From Bacteroidota bacterium (GTDB lineage Bacteria > Bacteroidota > Bacteroidia > UKL13-3), in NCBI GenBank assembly GCA_947464275.1, contig CANHVU010000013.1:22219-86218 (forward strand): a stretch of DNA of 64,000 bases, given 5' to 3'. Position 1 is the stretch's first letter; each line of letters begins with the position of its first letter. Below the pieces are notes generated by a model, which saw only the letters and a list, made by a program, of their open reading frames with translations, made no database searches and was not told the origin of the DNA. A program made the translations under genes and the position numbers. Below are positions 38,617 to 50,379 of this stretch, one piece after another.

Positions 38617-39708
38617 TTAGTTAAACAATTGCAATAAGCAAGTTTTCAAAATATCTGCCATATTTTTAGCCTTTAAAAACCTTTGATTTTTATAGTGAAT
38701 GGCCAATTCGTTTTTGAGTTTTTCTACATTATGAGGTGTAGAAATAGCATCTTTACTCATGGCATTTAGTAAGTTAAACATTGGCCAACGTGCTGCTTTA
38801 AGCCTTGCTACCATTACTGAACGTTCTTCACGTTGGTATTGGTAAATACTTTCTTTGCTTAAACATTGAGTTGCTAACTCCACATAATCTTTATTTTGCT
38901 TATAAAATTGAGGTAAGTAAACGTTTTTTCTGCCTTCATGACTTTGCTGATCAAAATCTATCGCCCTAATTCTGTAGTGAATTTCTTCAAAATCAGGGAT
39001 GACCTGAATAACAAAATTGCTAGAATGCATATCGCCTAAAAGCCTTATAAAACAGCGTTCATTAAATTTTACAAACTCCTTAGCTAGCCTAATGGCATTA
39101 AAGTTTTCTTTGTTAAAATAAAGCTTTAAAAAATCATCGCCAGGAACACCAACTATGTGTTCTTCAATTAATGTATCGCCACTTACCAAATAACTTATAC
39201 GATTGGGTGATAACAAATGCTCTAATTCCAAACCATAAATTCTAGAAGCATCTGCATTTTTTACATAAAAATAATCAAAATTATCGTTCAGTTTATTAAT
39301 AATCCTAATTCTAAATGGCATTGAATTTCCATATAAACAATAATCAATGCGCTCTACTGCTAAATGCTCTAGAATATTGACATCTCCGCCCGTTTTAAGC
39401 AAAGCATAAATTTTTAATAAATCATAATGAATTTGTTCTGTATCGCTTTGCGGATAAAGGCAAGTTTCCCATAAAGTATCCTTTCCTTTTTTGTCGTAAA
39501 GCGCTATGCTATCACTGAAATTTTTTAAGTGAGGATATTGAATTGGCAAGTTAATGCCACGACCATGGGTTTGAAGATAGTGTCTTAAGTGAGGACTTAC
39601 CTTAACTGGTTGTTTGCGTTTACTTATTTGTTGCAAGTGAGTGGAGTATTTAGTTATAGCAAACTTAATAATTTTAATTGATTTGAAGTTGGAACCTCTT
39701 GTTAACAA
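38617..39708 (-). CDS. Hypothetical protein with a protein-kinase-like (APH/ChoK-type) phosphotransferase fold
   Basis: 363 aa. The candidate catalytic loop LLGDMHSSNFVI resembles HGDxHxxN. IRAIDFD resembles the IDFE/DFG metal-binding motif. The candidate beta3 lysine lies in FYVKNAD. Confidence 0.5.
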   Translation of the reverse strand: MLTRGSNFKSIKIIKFAITKYSTHLQQISKRKQPVKVSPHLRHYLQTHGRGINLPIQYPHLKNFSDSIALYDKKGKDTLWETCLYPQSDTEQIHYDLLKIYALLKTGGDVNILEHLAVERIDYCLYGNSMPFRIRIINKLNDNFDYFYVKNADASRIYGLELEHLLSPNRISYLVSGDTLIEEHIVGVPGDDFLKLYFNKENFNAIRLAKEFVKFNERCFIRLLGDMHSSNFVIQVIPDFEEIHYRIRAIDFDQQSHEGRKNVYLPQFYKQNKDYVELATQCLSKESIYQYQREERSVMVARLKAARWPMFNLLNAMSKDAISTPHNVEKLKNELAIHYKNQRFLKAKNMADILKTCLLQLFN

Positions 39709-39924
39709 TGAAATAAACTAACGATTATGATAAATCAAAAAATTGACTTTTAAGTCGGAATTAACAAATTGATTGTTGCAAACAAAACCATCTCTAAAAG
39801 AATATTGACTATAAACCTTGCACAGTCAGCAGTTTCAGCATTTTAAAAAACTAATATTTATTTGGGTTAATTATTTGGGCTTTAGTTTGGTATTGGTAAA
39901 AATCAAGTTTATTTTCGCAAGCAT

Positions 39925-39932
39925 TAATTTTG
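39925..39932 (+). promoter_or_regulatory. Bacteroidetes-type -7 promoter element (TAnnTTTG) upstream of gap
   Basis: TAATTTTG lies 28 nt upstream of the gap ATG. This motif is the sigma-A(Bfr) -7 consensus. Confidence 0.4.
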
Positions 39933-39945
39933 ATTTTTCACTTAA

Positions 39946-40959
<1,014 letters not shown>

Positions 40960-40977
40960 TTCATTCAATAAATAATT

Positions 40978-41011
40978 TAAAAGCGCTTCATTAATTTGAA
41001 GCGCTTTTTTT
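40978..41011 (+). terminator. Rho-independent terminator after gap
   Basis: AAGCGCTTCA-ttaatt-TGAAGCGCTT followed by TTTTTTT. Confidence 0.8.
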
Positions 41012-41054
41012 ATGTTATGATTTTTTCATTTCGCTCTATAGTTAAAATTTTAGT

Positions 41055-42410
41055 ATGTTCGCCCTAATGAAAGCCAAATATATACTATATACATTAGCAA
41101 TAATTTTAGCATTATCTTGTTTGTTGCATATTTTACCAAATCAAAACCCTGCACTTTTAGCTGCAAGTAGGTATTTATTTATTGGTACAGCTTTATTTTA
41201 TGTAATAAAAAAACCATCACTTACTGCTGCTATTTTATTTTGTATGGTATTAGGCATTGAGATTGGTTACGATTTTCCTCAAGTAGCCAAACCTCTGAAA
41301 GTATTTAGTGATATTTTTTTACGTTTAATAAAAACCATTATTGCCCCGCTTTTATTTTCTACGTTAGTGGTAGGAATTGCAGGCCATTCAAATATTAAAC
41401 AAGTAGGTAGAATGGGTTTAAAAGCTATTCTTTATTTTGAAATAGTAACTACTTTGGCATTGGTAATTGGATTATTTGCTATCAATATTTCAGGTGCAGG
41501 CTATGGATTAAAAACAATAGAAGTAGCTACCGAAGTAACAGCTAAGGCCAATAAAATTATTGAACAAAAACAATCACATGATGTAATACTGGATATTTTT
41601 CCTGAAAACTTTGCTAAGTCAATAGTAGAAAATCAAGTTTTACAAGTAGTAGTTTTTAGTATTTTATTTGGTATTGCTTTGGCCTTAATTAAAGATGAGG
41701 ATAAGAAGCGTCCAATTTTAAAATTTGCTGAAGGTTTAAGCGAAGTAATGTTTAAATTTACTGATTTAGTAATGTACTTAGCTCCATTAGCTGGAGGTGG
41801 GGCCATTGCATATGCAGTAGCCACCATGGGAATCGAATCACTACAAGCACTTTTTAAATTAGTAGCTACTTTATACATTGCCCTAATTGGTTTTGTAATA
41901 TTGGTATTAGTACCAATAGGCTTAATAGTAAAATTACCTTTCAAAAAATTTATACAAGCTATAAGCGAACCTGTTTCATTGGCTTTTGCTACAGCAAGCT
42001 CGGAAGCAGCGCTACCAAAGGCTTTAGAAAATATGGAAAACATGGGCATTCCACGTAAGGTAGTTGCATTTGTATTGCCTACTGGCTATAGTTTTAATTT
42101 AGATGGAACTACTTTGTATTTGAGTTTAGCTTCCGTATTTGTGGCACAGGCTTGTGGAGTAGAACTAACCTTAATTCAACAAATTACCATGTGTTTAACT
42201 TTAATGCTAACAAGCAAGGGAGTAGCTGGTGTGCGTGGTGCCAGTTTTTTAATACTAGTTACTACTGTTGCCTCCATGGGATTAGATCCTCAAAAAGCAT
42301 TTGCTATTTTGGCAATAGATGCATTAATGGATATGGCTAGAACATCTGTTAATGTTGTTGGAAACTGTTTAGCAACATATGTGGTTGCTAAATGGGAAAA
42401 AGAAATTTAA
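41055..42410 (+). CDS. Dicarboxylate/amino acid:cation symporter (DAACS/GltP family)
   Basis: 451 aa polytopic protein with the family hallmarks (…SSEAALP…, the NMDGTALY-like stretch NLDGTTLY). Confidence 0.8.
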   Translation: MFALMKAKYILYTLAIILALSCLLHILPNQNPALLAASRYLFIGTALFYVIKKPSLTAAILFCMVLGIEIGYDFPQVAKPLKVFSDIFLRLIKTIIAPLLFSTLVVGIAGHSNIKQVGRMGLKAILYFEIVTTLALVIGLFAINISGAGYGLKTIEVATEVTAKANKIIEQKQSHDVILDIFPENFAKSIVENQVLQVVVFSILFGIALALIKDEDKKRPILKFAEGLSEVMFKFTDLVMYLAPLAGGGAIAYAVATMGIESLQALFKLVATLYIALIGFVILVLVPIGLIVKLPFKKFIQAISEPVSLAFATASSEAALPKALENMENMGIPRKVVAFVLPTGYSFNLDGTTLYLSLASVFVAQACGVELTLIQQITMCLTLMLTSKGVAGVRGASFLILVTTVASMGLDPQKAFAILAIDALMDMARTSVNVVGNCLATYVVAKWEKEI

Positions 42411-42787
42411 TCCAATAAAGCTGTTATTTTATTTACAATATCCTTATTAGAAAAAGGTTTTGTAATATATAATTCTGCACCTAAGTCGTACCCTTTTTGA
42501 ATATCTGCTTCCTTTGATTTTGCACTCACAAATACCACTTTACATTCTTTATGTTTAACACTACTTTTTATGTGCTTACAAATAGCATAACCATCTACAT
42601 CGGGCATCATAATATCTAATAAGACTACATCAGGTATATTTTCCTCGAGTAATTCTAGTGTTTCTGTTCCGTTGCGAGCTATTATTACCTCAAACCCATT
42701 TTTACGCATTAAAAATTCTAATGACATTAATATATAAGGGTCGTCATCTACTACTAATATTTTATATGCTTGATTCATTATATTCAA
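42407..42787 (-). CDS. Response regulator, receiver domain only (CheY-like)
   Basis: 126 aa. ILVVDDDPYILMSLEFLMRKNGFEV carries the acidic pocket, and the phospho-Asp lies in VLLDIMMPDVDG. Confidence 0.85.
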   Translation of the reverse strand: MNIMNQAYKILVVDDDPYILMSLEFLMRKNGFEVIIARNGTETLELLEENIPDVVLLDIMMPDVDGYAICKHIKSSVKHKECKVVFVSAKSKEADIQKGYDLGAELYITKPFSNKDIVNKITALLD

Positions 42788-45500
42788 TTAAAGTATTTCC
42801 GGGTTCAAAGTTAGGAATTGTAAACGTAAAGCATGCACCTTTTTCTATTTCACTTTCTACCCAAATTTTGCCTCCATGCATTTCAATGATTTTTTTACAA
42901 ATAGCTAATCCCAAACCAGTTCCCACCGGTTTTTTTATTGTTTGATTTTTTGCTTGAAAAAATTTGTCGAAAATTAATTCATGTAATTCTTTAGCGATTC
43001 CCTTACCTGTATCCATAATACTAACTTGAACTTCGTTTTGAAGATCAGATATTACTAAGTGTATTTTACCTTGCTCAGGTGTAAATTTCATGGCATTACT
43101 TATTAAATTTACCAAAACTTGTTGCACTAAATCCTTATCTGCATGAAGCAAAAGCATACTATTAGGCTGCGTGATGGTTAAATTTATTGCCTTTTCGTTG
43201 GCTACTAATTTATAGGAGGTATACAAATCTTTAACCAATAAATTCATATCAAACGAAGTTAAATTAAGTTTTTGCTTACCACTTTCATACTTCTCTAGAT
43301 TTAGTACTTTGGTTATTAAATGACTTAATCGTTCCGTTTCTTTGACTACAGCCCCTAAAAATTTCTCACGCTCTTCGTCCCCTAAATCAGGATTATCATG
43401 TACTATCTCTGTTAATGAACGAATGGAGGTTAATGGTGTTCTTAACTCATGTGTTACAGTATATAAAAATTCATCTTTCAATTCGTCCATTGTTTTTAAT
43501 TGCAAATTCGCCTCACGTAACTGTTCCGTGGCTTTTGTCAATTCAATCGATTTTTTACGAAGTTCTTTATTCAGCTCTATCATTTGCTGTGATTCATGCA
43601 AAATTTTAAATACTTCATTTAGGCTTAGTTCCTCTTCTTTTGTAACAGAACTAACCATAATACGCGCTGATGCAGAGCCAATAACTCCCGCTAAAATTTT
43701 CTCAGAAAAACTAACTATTCTTGGATCAGCCTTGGAACCAAAATCTATGGCTATTTTGTGTCTGTGCGCATAATTTTGTATTAAATTATTAGCACGTTCT
43801 TTTCCTAAAAAATTTTCTAATAATGAAAACAAATCAGGCATATAAGCTGTACCTCGCCAAATGCTATCACTTCCTGGTAAATTATACTTATCAATATCTA
43901 CAAATATTTCCGCCTGATAAACCTCTTGTGGAATAGGCTTACTATAAACCGAAAAAACAAAATAAGCAGTACAGTTAAAAAACATACTCCAAAATAAAGA
44001 ATGTGTTATAGAATCAAACCCTTCTAAACCAAATAAAGATTGAGGTTTTAACCACCATATATTAAATGGCCCATTACTTATTATGTTTTCATTTATTAAA
44101 TGAGCTTGGGCTATTGAAGGAAGTATTAATGTATAAAACCAAACAAAAAAACCAACAATTATACCTACTAGTGCGCCATTTTTACTTGCTGTTTTCCAAT
44201 AAATACCTCCAATTATAGCTGGAGCAAATTGGGCAACACCTGCAAAAGAAATCAACCCTATTGAAACCAATGAAAAATACTGTGCCACATATTGATCATA
44301 TAAATAGGCAAATAATAAAATAAGAATAATACTAAATCTTCTAATATATAAAATGGTTTTTCTAATGGATTTATCAATTGAGGTCTTAAAATTTTGTTGC
44401 CTAAATAAAAATGGCATAACTAAATTATTACTTACCATTGTACTCAACGCTATTGTTTCTACTATAATCATACTAGTAGCAGCCGAAAAACCGCCCAGAA
44501 ACACTAACATGCTTAATAGTGGTTTATTAAAATGTAAAGGTAATGCTAATACAAAAGTATCTGCGTCTATTGGCATGTTTTGAAAAACTAACTTGCCGCC
44601 AAAAGCAATTGGAATAACAAAAATATTAATTACAAATAGGTAAATTGGGAATAGCCATACTGCCTTTTTTAAATGCTCCTCGTTTACATTTTCAATTACA
44701 CCAACTTGGAATTGACGTGGCAAAAAAAGCACTGCCATCATGGAAAGCAAAATACCCGAGAACCAACCAGCATTGGCATTTTCTCCACTTAAAGTAAATA
44801 ATTTTTTAAACTCATCTATTTGATTTGCTTTTAAAAAAATATCGTTAAATCCATTAAAAATACCATAGGTAACAAATACACCAGCAACTAAAAATGCAAC
44901 CAATTTTATTACCGATTCAAAAGCTACTGCGGCTACCAAGCCTTCATGTTTTTCAGTTGCATCAACTGAGCGCGTCCCAAAAATAATGATAAAAACCGTT
45001 AAGAATACCGTAAAATATAAGGTATTATCTGAAAAAAAATTATGCCCAGAAATGGCATTTTTAGTTAAAATATCAAAGCTAATGGCTATGGCTTTTAATT
45101 GCAAAGCAATATATGGCAAAACGCCAATAATACAGAAAACACTAACCACAGCAGCTAAAGATGCATTTTTACCATACCTAGTTGAAATAAAATCGGCAAT
45201 GCTATTGATACGTTGTGCTTTGGTAATTCTAATAATTTTACGCAGAACTGGAAAAAACAATGCTGCCATTATGGTAGGACCAATGTATATAGTTAAAAAA
45301 CTTATTCCATTGGTAGTGGCTCTTCCCACACTTCCATAATAAGTCCAAGCTGTACAATACACACAAAGGGAAAGTGCATACACATATGCATTATTTATTA
45401 TACTTTTTCCTTTTTTTAACTGATGTTCTGCATAATAGGCAACACCAAATAAAATTAATAAATAAAGTAGTGAACAAATAATAATAATGCTGTTACTCAT
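42762..45500 (-). CDS. Sodium:solute symporter (SSS)-fused sensor histidine kinase (CbrA/CrbS-type)
   Basis: 912 aa. The N-terminal ~500 aa is a 13-TM SSS transporter. The C-terminus carries HisKA (H-box ELRTPLTSI) and HATPase_c (GTGLGLAICKKIIEMHGG). Confidence 0.85.
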   Translation of the reverse strand: MSNSIIIICSLLYLLILFGVAYYAEHQLKKGKSIINNAYVYALSLCVYCTAWTYYGSVGRATTNGISFLTIYIGPTIMAALFFPVLRKIIRITKAQRINSIADFISTRYGKNASLAAVVSVFCIIGVLPYIALQLKAIAISFDILTKNAISGHNFFSDNTLYFTVFLTVFIIIFGTRSVDATEKHEGLVAAVAFESVIKLVAFLVAGVFVTYGIFNGFNDIFLKANQIDEFKKLFTLSGENANAGWFSGILLSMMAVLFLPRQFQVGVIENVNEEHLKKAVWLFPIYLFVINIFVIPIAFGGKLVFQNMPIDADTFVLALPLHFNKPLLSMLVFLGGFSAATSMIIVETIALSTMVSNNLVMPFLFRQQNFKTSIDKSIRKTILYIRRFSIILILLFAYLYDQYVAQYFSLVSIGLISFAGVAQFAPAIIGGIYWKTASKNGALVGIIVGFFVWFYTLILPSIAQAHLINENIISNGPFNIWWLKPQSLFGLEGFDSITHSLFWSMFFNCTAYFVFSVYSKPIPQEVYQAEIFVDIDKYNLPGSDSIWRGTAYMPDLFSLLENFLGKERANNLIQNYAHRHKIAIDFGSKADPRIVSFSEKILAGVIGSASARIMVSSVTKEEELSLNEVFKILHESQQMIELNKELRKKSIELTKATEQLREANLQLKTMDELKDEFLYTVTHELRTPLTSIRSLTEIVHDNPDLGDEEREKFLGAVVKETERLSHLITKVLNLEKYESGKQKLNLTSFDMNLLVKDLYTSYKLVANEKAINLTITQPNSMLLLHADKDLVQQVLVNLISNAMKFTPEQGKIHLVISDLQNEVQVSIMDTGKGIAKELHELIFDKFFQAKNQTIKKPVGTGLGLAICKKIIEMHGGKIWVESEIEKGACFTFTIPNFEPGNTLIEYNESSI

Positions 45501-45714
45501 CCTTGCCTTTTTGAAGTTTTTTAGAAGGTTTTATTTCACTTGATACCACTAAAAGTATTATAGCTAATAACCAAGCAATAACAACGTATAGATATAATAA
45601 TGGAATATTGCCAACAAACTTAGGCTTATTAAAAATGGTAAATATTGGATAACAAAATGCCAACAACATTATAATGCTTAATATGATATTCTTCTGTTTT
45701 CTATTATTTACCAT
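45493..45714 (-). CDS. DUF4212-type small membrane subunit associated with SSS transporters
   Basis: 73 aa two-TM protein. Its stop overlaps the start of the SSS-kinase gene, which is the conserved arrangement. Confidence 0.6.
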   Translation of the reverse strand: MVNNRKQKNIILSIIMLLAFCYPIFTIFNKPKFVGNIPLLYLYVVIAWLLAIILLVVSSEIKPSKKLQKGKDE

Positions 45715-45787
45715 CTTATAAAAATAGCTATTATATGTAAAAAAACAAATCCTATTTACTTCATCAATGCCATTTTATTTATAGATG

Positions 45788-47347
45788 CTATGCTCTATAC
45801 TCACCAAATACACCTCTAAAGGTATTAGCTATTTCGCCTAAAGTAGCTAAACTTTCTACTGCTTCTATAATATGTGGCATTACATTACTTCCATCTTTAG
45901 CTGCTTGTTCTAATTTGGCAATATTGTTTTTTACTAAATTATTATCTCTTTCAGCTTTTAGCTTATTTAGTTTTTCAGTTTGTTGAACACGGATATTATC
46001 ATCAATTTTAAACGAAGGTGGAGCAACTTCTTCCTCTACCGTAAATTTATTTACACCCACAATTACTTTTTCTTGGCTTTCAATGTCTTTTTGGTATTTA
46101 TAGCTAGCTGTAGCAATTTCGTTTTGCATATAACCTTCTTCTATAGCGCTTACACTTCCGCCCATGGCATCTATTTTTTCAATATACTTCCAAGCTTCAG
46201 CTTCTACTTGATTAGTCAATTCTTCTACAAAATAACTACCTCCCATTGGGTCAACAGTATCTACTACACCGCTTTCAAAAGCAATAATTTGTTGCGTACG
46301 TAATGCTGTTCTTGCTGCTGCTTCAGTAGGTAAATTCAATGCTTCATCAAAACCATTGGTATGTAAACTTTGGGTTCCGCCCATTACAGCTGCTAAAGCT
46401 TGTAATGTAACCCTAGCTATATTGTTTTCAGCTTGCTGAGCAGTTAATGTACTTCCACCAGTTTGTGTATGAAAACGAAGCATCATAGCCTTTGGATTAG
46501 TTGCTCCTAAATCTTTAGCTATTTTAGCCCACATTCTGCGTGCAGCTCTAAACTTGGCAATTTCTTCAAAAAAGTTATTGTGTGCATTAAAGAAAAACGA
46601 TAAACGTTGTCCAAATACATTTATATCTAAACCCTTTGCAATTGCTGCTTCACTGTATGCTTTGGCATTTGCTAGTGTAAATGCTATTTCTTGCACTGCT
46701 GTACTTCCTGCCTCGCGAATGTGGTATCCACTAATCGAAATAGTATTCCATTTTGGAACTTCTAAACTACAGTATTCAAAAATATCGGTAATAATGCGCA
46801 TACTTGGCTTAGGCGGATAAATATAGGTTCCCCTAGCTGCGTATTCTTTTAAAATATCGTTTTGAATGGTTCCAGAAATCTTTTTAATGTCAGCACCTTG
46901 TTTTTTTGCTAATGCAATATAAAAAGAAAGTAAGGTAGATGCGGTTGCATTAATAGTCATACTAGTAGTAATATCTTGCAGTTTAATGCCATCAAACAAA
47001 GTTTCAATATCGCGTAAACTATCAATAGCTACTCCTACTTTACCCACTTCGCCCTCACTCATAGCGTGGTCGCTATCATAACCAATTTGAGTTGGTAAAT
47101 CAAATGCAACCGAAAGACCCATGGTTCCATTTGCTAATAAATATTTATAACGTTTATTTGATTCTTCGGCAGTTGAAAAACCCGCATATTGGCGCATAGT
47201 CCACAATCTACCCCTATACATATCAGGCTGAACACCGCGCGTATATGGAAACTGGCCAGGCAATTCATTATTGATATTATTGCTGTCTGGATTGTATAAT
47301 TCGTTAATTATTATTCCGCTATCGGTTATAAATTTATTTTCAGCCAT
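45788..47347 (-). CDS. Methylmalonyl-CoA mutase family large subunit (substrate-binding barrel only; no B12-binding domain)
   Basis: 519 aa with the MCM N-terminal/TIM-barrel region. It lacks the ~130 aa C-terminal cobalamin-binding domain, so it appears to be the split mutase alpha form. Confidence 0.75.
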   Translation of the reverse strand: MAENKFITDSGIIINELYNPDSNNINNELPGQFPYTRGVQPDMYRGRLWTMRQYAGFSTAEESNKRYKYLLANGTMGLSVAFDLPTQIGYDSDHAMSEGEVGKVGVAIDSLRDIETLFDGIKLQDITTSMTINATASTLLSFYIALAKKQGADIKKISGTIQNDILKEYAARGTYIYPPKPSMRIITDIFEYCSLEVPKWNTISISGYHIREAGSTAVQEIAFTLANAKAYSEAAIAKGLDINVFGQRLSFFFNAHNNFFEEIAKFRAARRMWAKIAKDLGATNPKAMMLRFHTQTGGSTLTAQQAENNIARVTLQALAAVMGGTQSLHTNGFDEALNLPTEAAARTALRTQQIIAFESGVVDTVDPMGGSYFVEELTNQVEAEAWKYIEKIDAMGGSVSAIEEGYMQNEIATASYKYQKDIESQEKVIVGVNKFTVEEEVAPPSFKIDDNIRVQQTEKLNKLKAERDNNLVKNNIAKLEQAAKDGSNVMPHIIEAVESLATLGEIANTFRGVFGEYRA

Positions 47348-47676
47348 TGTGTTTAGTTATTTGGGCAAATATAAATAAACCGAATAGCTATTTAACTGAT
47401 ATGGCTTAGGTGTAAGAAATAAAAACTTTTATAGCCAATAGTAACAATTAAAATGAATAAGTCTAAATCATATAAACTCTTTGGTTTGTTTGGCAAAATT
47501 TAAAGCAATGAATTTAGGAATAGATATAAAGCCAATTTCTTCTTTTTTAGGTTGATTAGTTTATTGCAATTAAGTGTTTTTAGTATATTGGACACTGTCA
47601 TTAAAATAACTGACAATACATAGCAGAGTTTTGTATTATTTTTACTTTTTTGCACTATAAATTAAACTGAAAAAAT

Positions 47677-49080
47677 ATGTACGTAATAAAATTTGGAACT
47701 GATGGTTGGCGAGGTATTATAGCCGATGAATTTACTGTTGAAAATGTGAAGCGTGTAGCGCAAGGAACAGCAGCATACGTTAAAGCAAATTTTGCTAATA
47801 ACTTAACCTTAGTGTTAGGCCACGATTGCCGTTTTGCAGGCGAACTTTTTGCTGAAACTACTGCAAAAGTTTTATGTGCCAATGGCATTAAAGTAATAAT
47901 GGCCAAAGGTTTTGTAAGCACACCTATGATTAGTTTAGGTGCTGTAAAACATGGCGCAGCTTTAGGTGTAATTATTACTGCTAGTCATAATCCACCGGCT
48001 TATAATGGTTTTAAACTAAAAGCACATTATGGCGGACCAAGCAGCCCTGCTGTGATTGATGCGGTTGAAAATGCAATTCCAGAAACAGTAAGTTTACCTT
48101 TAAAAAGTATTGATACTTTGGTAAGCGAAGGCATGGTAACTTATGCCGACCTTGAAACCATGTATGTAAACGAGGTAGAAAGCAAATTTGATTTAAAATT
48201 AATCAAAGAAAGTAAGTTTGAATTTGCTTACGATGCTATGTATGGTGCTGGTCAAAATGTAATGCGTAGGGTTTTTCCTGAAATTACCATGTTGCATTGC
48301 GATTACAACCCAGGTTTTGATGGACAAGCTCCTGAACCTATCCATAAAAACTTAACCGAGTTCAGCGAGTTAATTCGCATTAGCGAAGAAATTGACTGCG
48401 GCTTGGTAACCGATGGCGATGCTGATAGAATTGGTTTATACAATGGCAAAGGTGAGTTTGTAGATTCGCACCATATCATTCTTTTATTGGTTCATTACTT
48501 GCATAAATACAAAGGCATGGATGGTAAAGTAATTACTACCTTTAGTGCTACTTCAAAAATTACCAAACTAGCCGAAGCTTATGGTTTGCCAATTGAAATT
48601 ACCAAAATTGGGTTTAAATACATTTGCGAAAAAATGGTTACCGAAAACGTATTAGTTGGTGGCGAAGAAAGCGGTGGAATTGCTATTAAAGGCTTTATTC
48701 CTGAGCGCGATGGTATTTGGATTGGCTTAACCCTTTGGGAGTTTATGGCTAAAACGGGCAAAACTTTAGACGAATTAATTCAAGAGGTATATGATGTGGT
48801 TGGTAGTTTTGCAATGGGCAGAATAGATTTACACATTACCGAAGAAATTAAACAAACTGTTTTGGCTAATTGCAAAGCAGGAAAATACACTCAGTTTGGA
48901 AACTATAAAATAGAAAAAACGGAAGATTTAGATGGTTATAAATTCCATTTAGGAAATGGCGAATGGGTAATGATTCGTGCTAGTGGAACTGAGCCTGTAT
49001 TACGCGTTTACAGCGAGTCGAGCACTAACGATAAAGCTACTGCTATATTAGAAGCAACCAAAGCTGTTTTATTAGCTTAA
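47677..49080 (+). CDS. Phosphoglucomutase/phosphomannomutase family protein
   Basis: Active-site phosphoserine loop TASHNPPAYNGFK and metal-binding DGDADR. Confidence 0.85.
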   Translation: MYVIKFGTDGWRGIIADEFTVENVKRVAQGTAAYVKANFANNLTLVLGHDCRFAGELFAETTAKVLCANGIKVIMAKGFVSTPMISLGAVKHGAALGVIITASHNPPAYNGFKLKAHYGGPSSPAVIDAVENAIPETVSLPLKSIDTLVSEGMVTYADLETMYVNEVESKFDLKLIKESKFEFAYDAMYGAGQNVMRRVFPEITMLHCDYNPGFDGQAPEPIHKNLTEFSELIRISEEIDCGLVTDGDADRIGLYNGKGEFVDSHHIILLLVHYLHKYKGMDGKVITTFSATSKITKLAEAYGLPIEITKIGFKYICEKMVTENVLVGGEESGGIAIKGFIPERDGIWIGLTLWEFMAKTGKTLDELIQEVYDVVGSFAMGRIDLHITEEIKQTVLANCKAGKYTQFGNYKIEKTEDLDGYKFHLGNGEWVMIRASGTEPVLRVYSESSTNDKATAILEATKAVLLA

Positions 49081-49096
49081 AGATAAAAACAAATAA

Positions 49097-49132
49097 AAGT
49101 CGACTGCTATAAAATTATAGCAGTCGTCTTTT
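49097..49132. terminator. Bidirectional terminator between convergent phosphohexomutase and OSBS-like genes
   Basis: GTCGACTGCTAT-aaaatt-ATAGCAGTCGTC followed by TTTT. Confidence 0.7.
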
Positions 49133-50186
49133 AATTATCATTCATTTCATTGCTAATCAACTCTAAATTCCATTGTTTTTGTAAGTCATAACTTATAAAT
49201 CCATTGCTCACAGTAAGCGGGCTATCAATATTATTTTCATATAAACTACCTGTTCCCAACCCTTGTGGCATTTCGGTATTTAAGCTACTACAAAACTGGG
49301 CAATTGCATTTAAACCAATATTACTTTCTAATGCAGATGTGAACCACCAACCAATACCAAGTTCATTGGCCTTTTCTATAAAAAAACTACTATTAGCCAA
49401 TCCGCCTAATAAGGTAGGTTTTATAATGATATAATGTGGTTTTATAAATTGTAATAGTGGTTTAACTTGTGCTTTGCTTAAACCTATTAATTCCTCATCT
49501 AATGCAATATGGATAGGCGATTTAGCACACACTTCTTGCATCATATCTGGTTGCCTTGTTTTAATTGGCTGCTCTATACTATGTAGGTCAAAACGCTTTA
49601 ACTCTTTTAACTTTTCAAATACATCAAAATTACCAAAGGCTCCATTTGCATCAACTCTAATTTCTAATTTAAAAGCATTATATCTTTTTCTAATTCTCTC
49701 AAGTAATCTACATTCTGCATCAAAATCCAATGCACCAATTTTAAATTTTATACAATTAAAACCAGCCTCTACTTTCTGAAAAGCCTCCATTTCCATTTCA
49801 TCTATTTGGTTCATCCAAACCAAACCGTTTATGGCTATAGGTTTATTTGTTATAAAACTGTTTTCACAAATTTTACGAGAGCCGCCATATTTTAAATCCG
49901 ACAAAGCTGTTTCAATTCCAAATTGAATAGAAGGCCAAGGTTCTAATTCAACCTGAAAGGTATCGAATCCATTATTTAACTGAGTCAAAATTAAATTCAA
50001 ATGATTTTCAAAATCATCAACTGCATCAATACTTAAGCCTATTAATGGTGCGGCTTCGCCAATACCCATTTTTAACCCATCTTTCTCTTTTTTAATTATG
50101 TAATAAACCGTATGTGTTTGCATACTTCCGCGGCTAGTATTTGCAGGCTTATTAAATTTTAAAACATGTTTTTTATAACTGAACAT
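49131..50186 (-). CDS. menC: o-Succinylbenzoate synthase-like enolase-superfamily enzyme
   Basis: 351 aa. The enolase-superfamily catalytic set is present in order: KxK (KFKIG), D (IRVDANG), E (SIEQP), D (ALDEEL), K (IIIKP). Confidence 0.65.
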   Translation of the reverse strand: MFSYKKHVLKFNKPANTSRGSMQTHTVYYIIKKEKDGLKMGIGEAAPLIGLSIDAVDDFENHLNLILTQLNNGFDTFQVELEPWPSIQFGIETALSDLKYGGSRKICENSFITNKPIAINGLVWMNQIDEMEMEAFQKVEAGFNCIKFKIGALDFDAECRLLERIRKRYNAFKLEIRVDANGAFGNFDVFEKLKELKRFDLHSIEQPIKTRQPDMMQEVCAKSPIHIALDEELIGLSKAQVKPLLQFIKPHYIIIKPTLLGGLANSSFFIEKANELGIGWWFTSALESNIGLNAIAQFCSSLNTEMPQGLGTGSLYENNIDSPLTVSNGFISYDLQKQWNLELISNEMNDN

Positions 50187-50379
50187 TAGTTTTTTATTTA
50201 CAGTTCAATATTAACACGTTGTTTAATTAAATCATATAACAAAATTATGGTACTACTTCCGCATTCGCTCGTATCTTGCTAGGGAATGTATTGATAAGCC
50301 TCTGACTAACTTCATAAAGTAAAATAAATGGCGGGACGCCTTTTAAACTAACACTCGTAGGATGCGAGCGACTGCGGGA

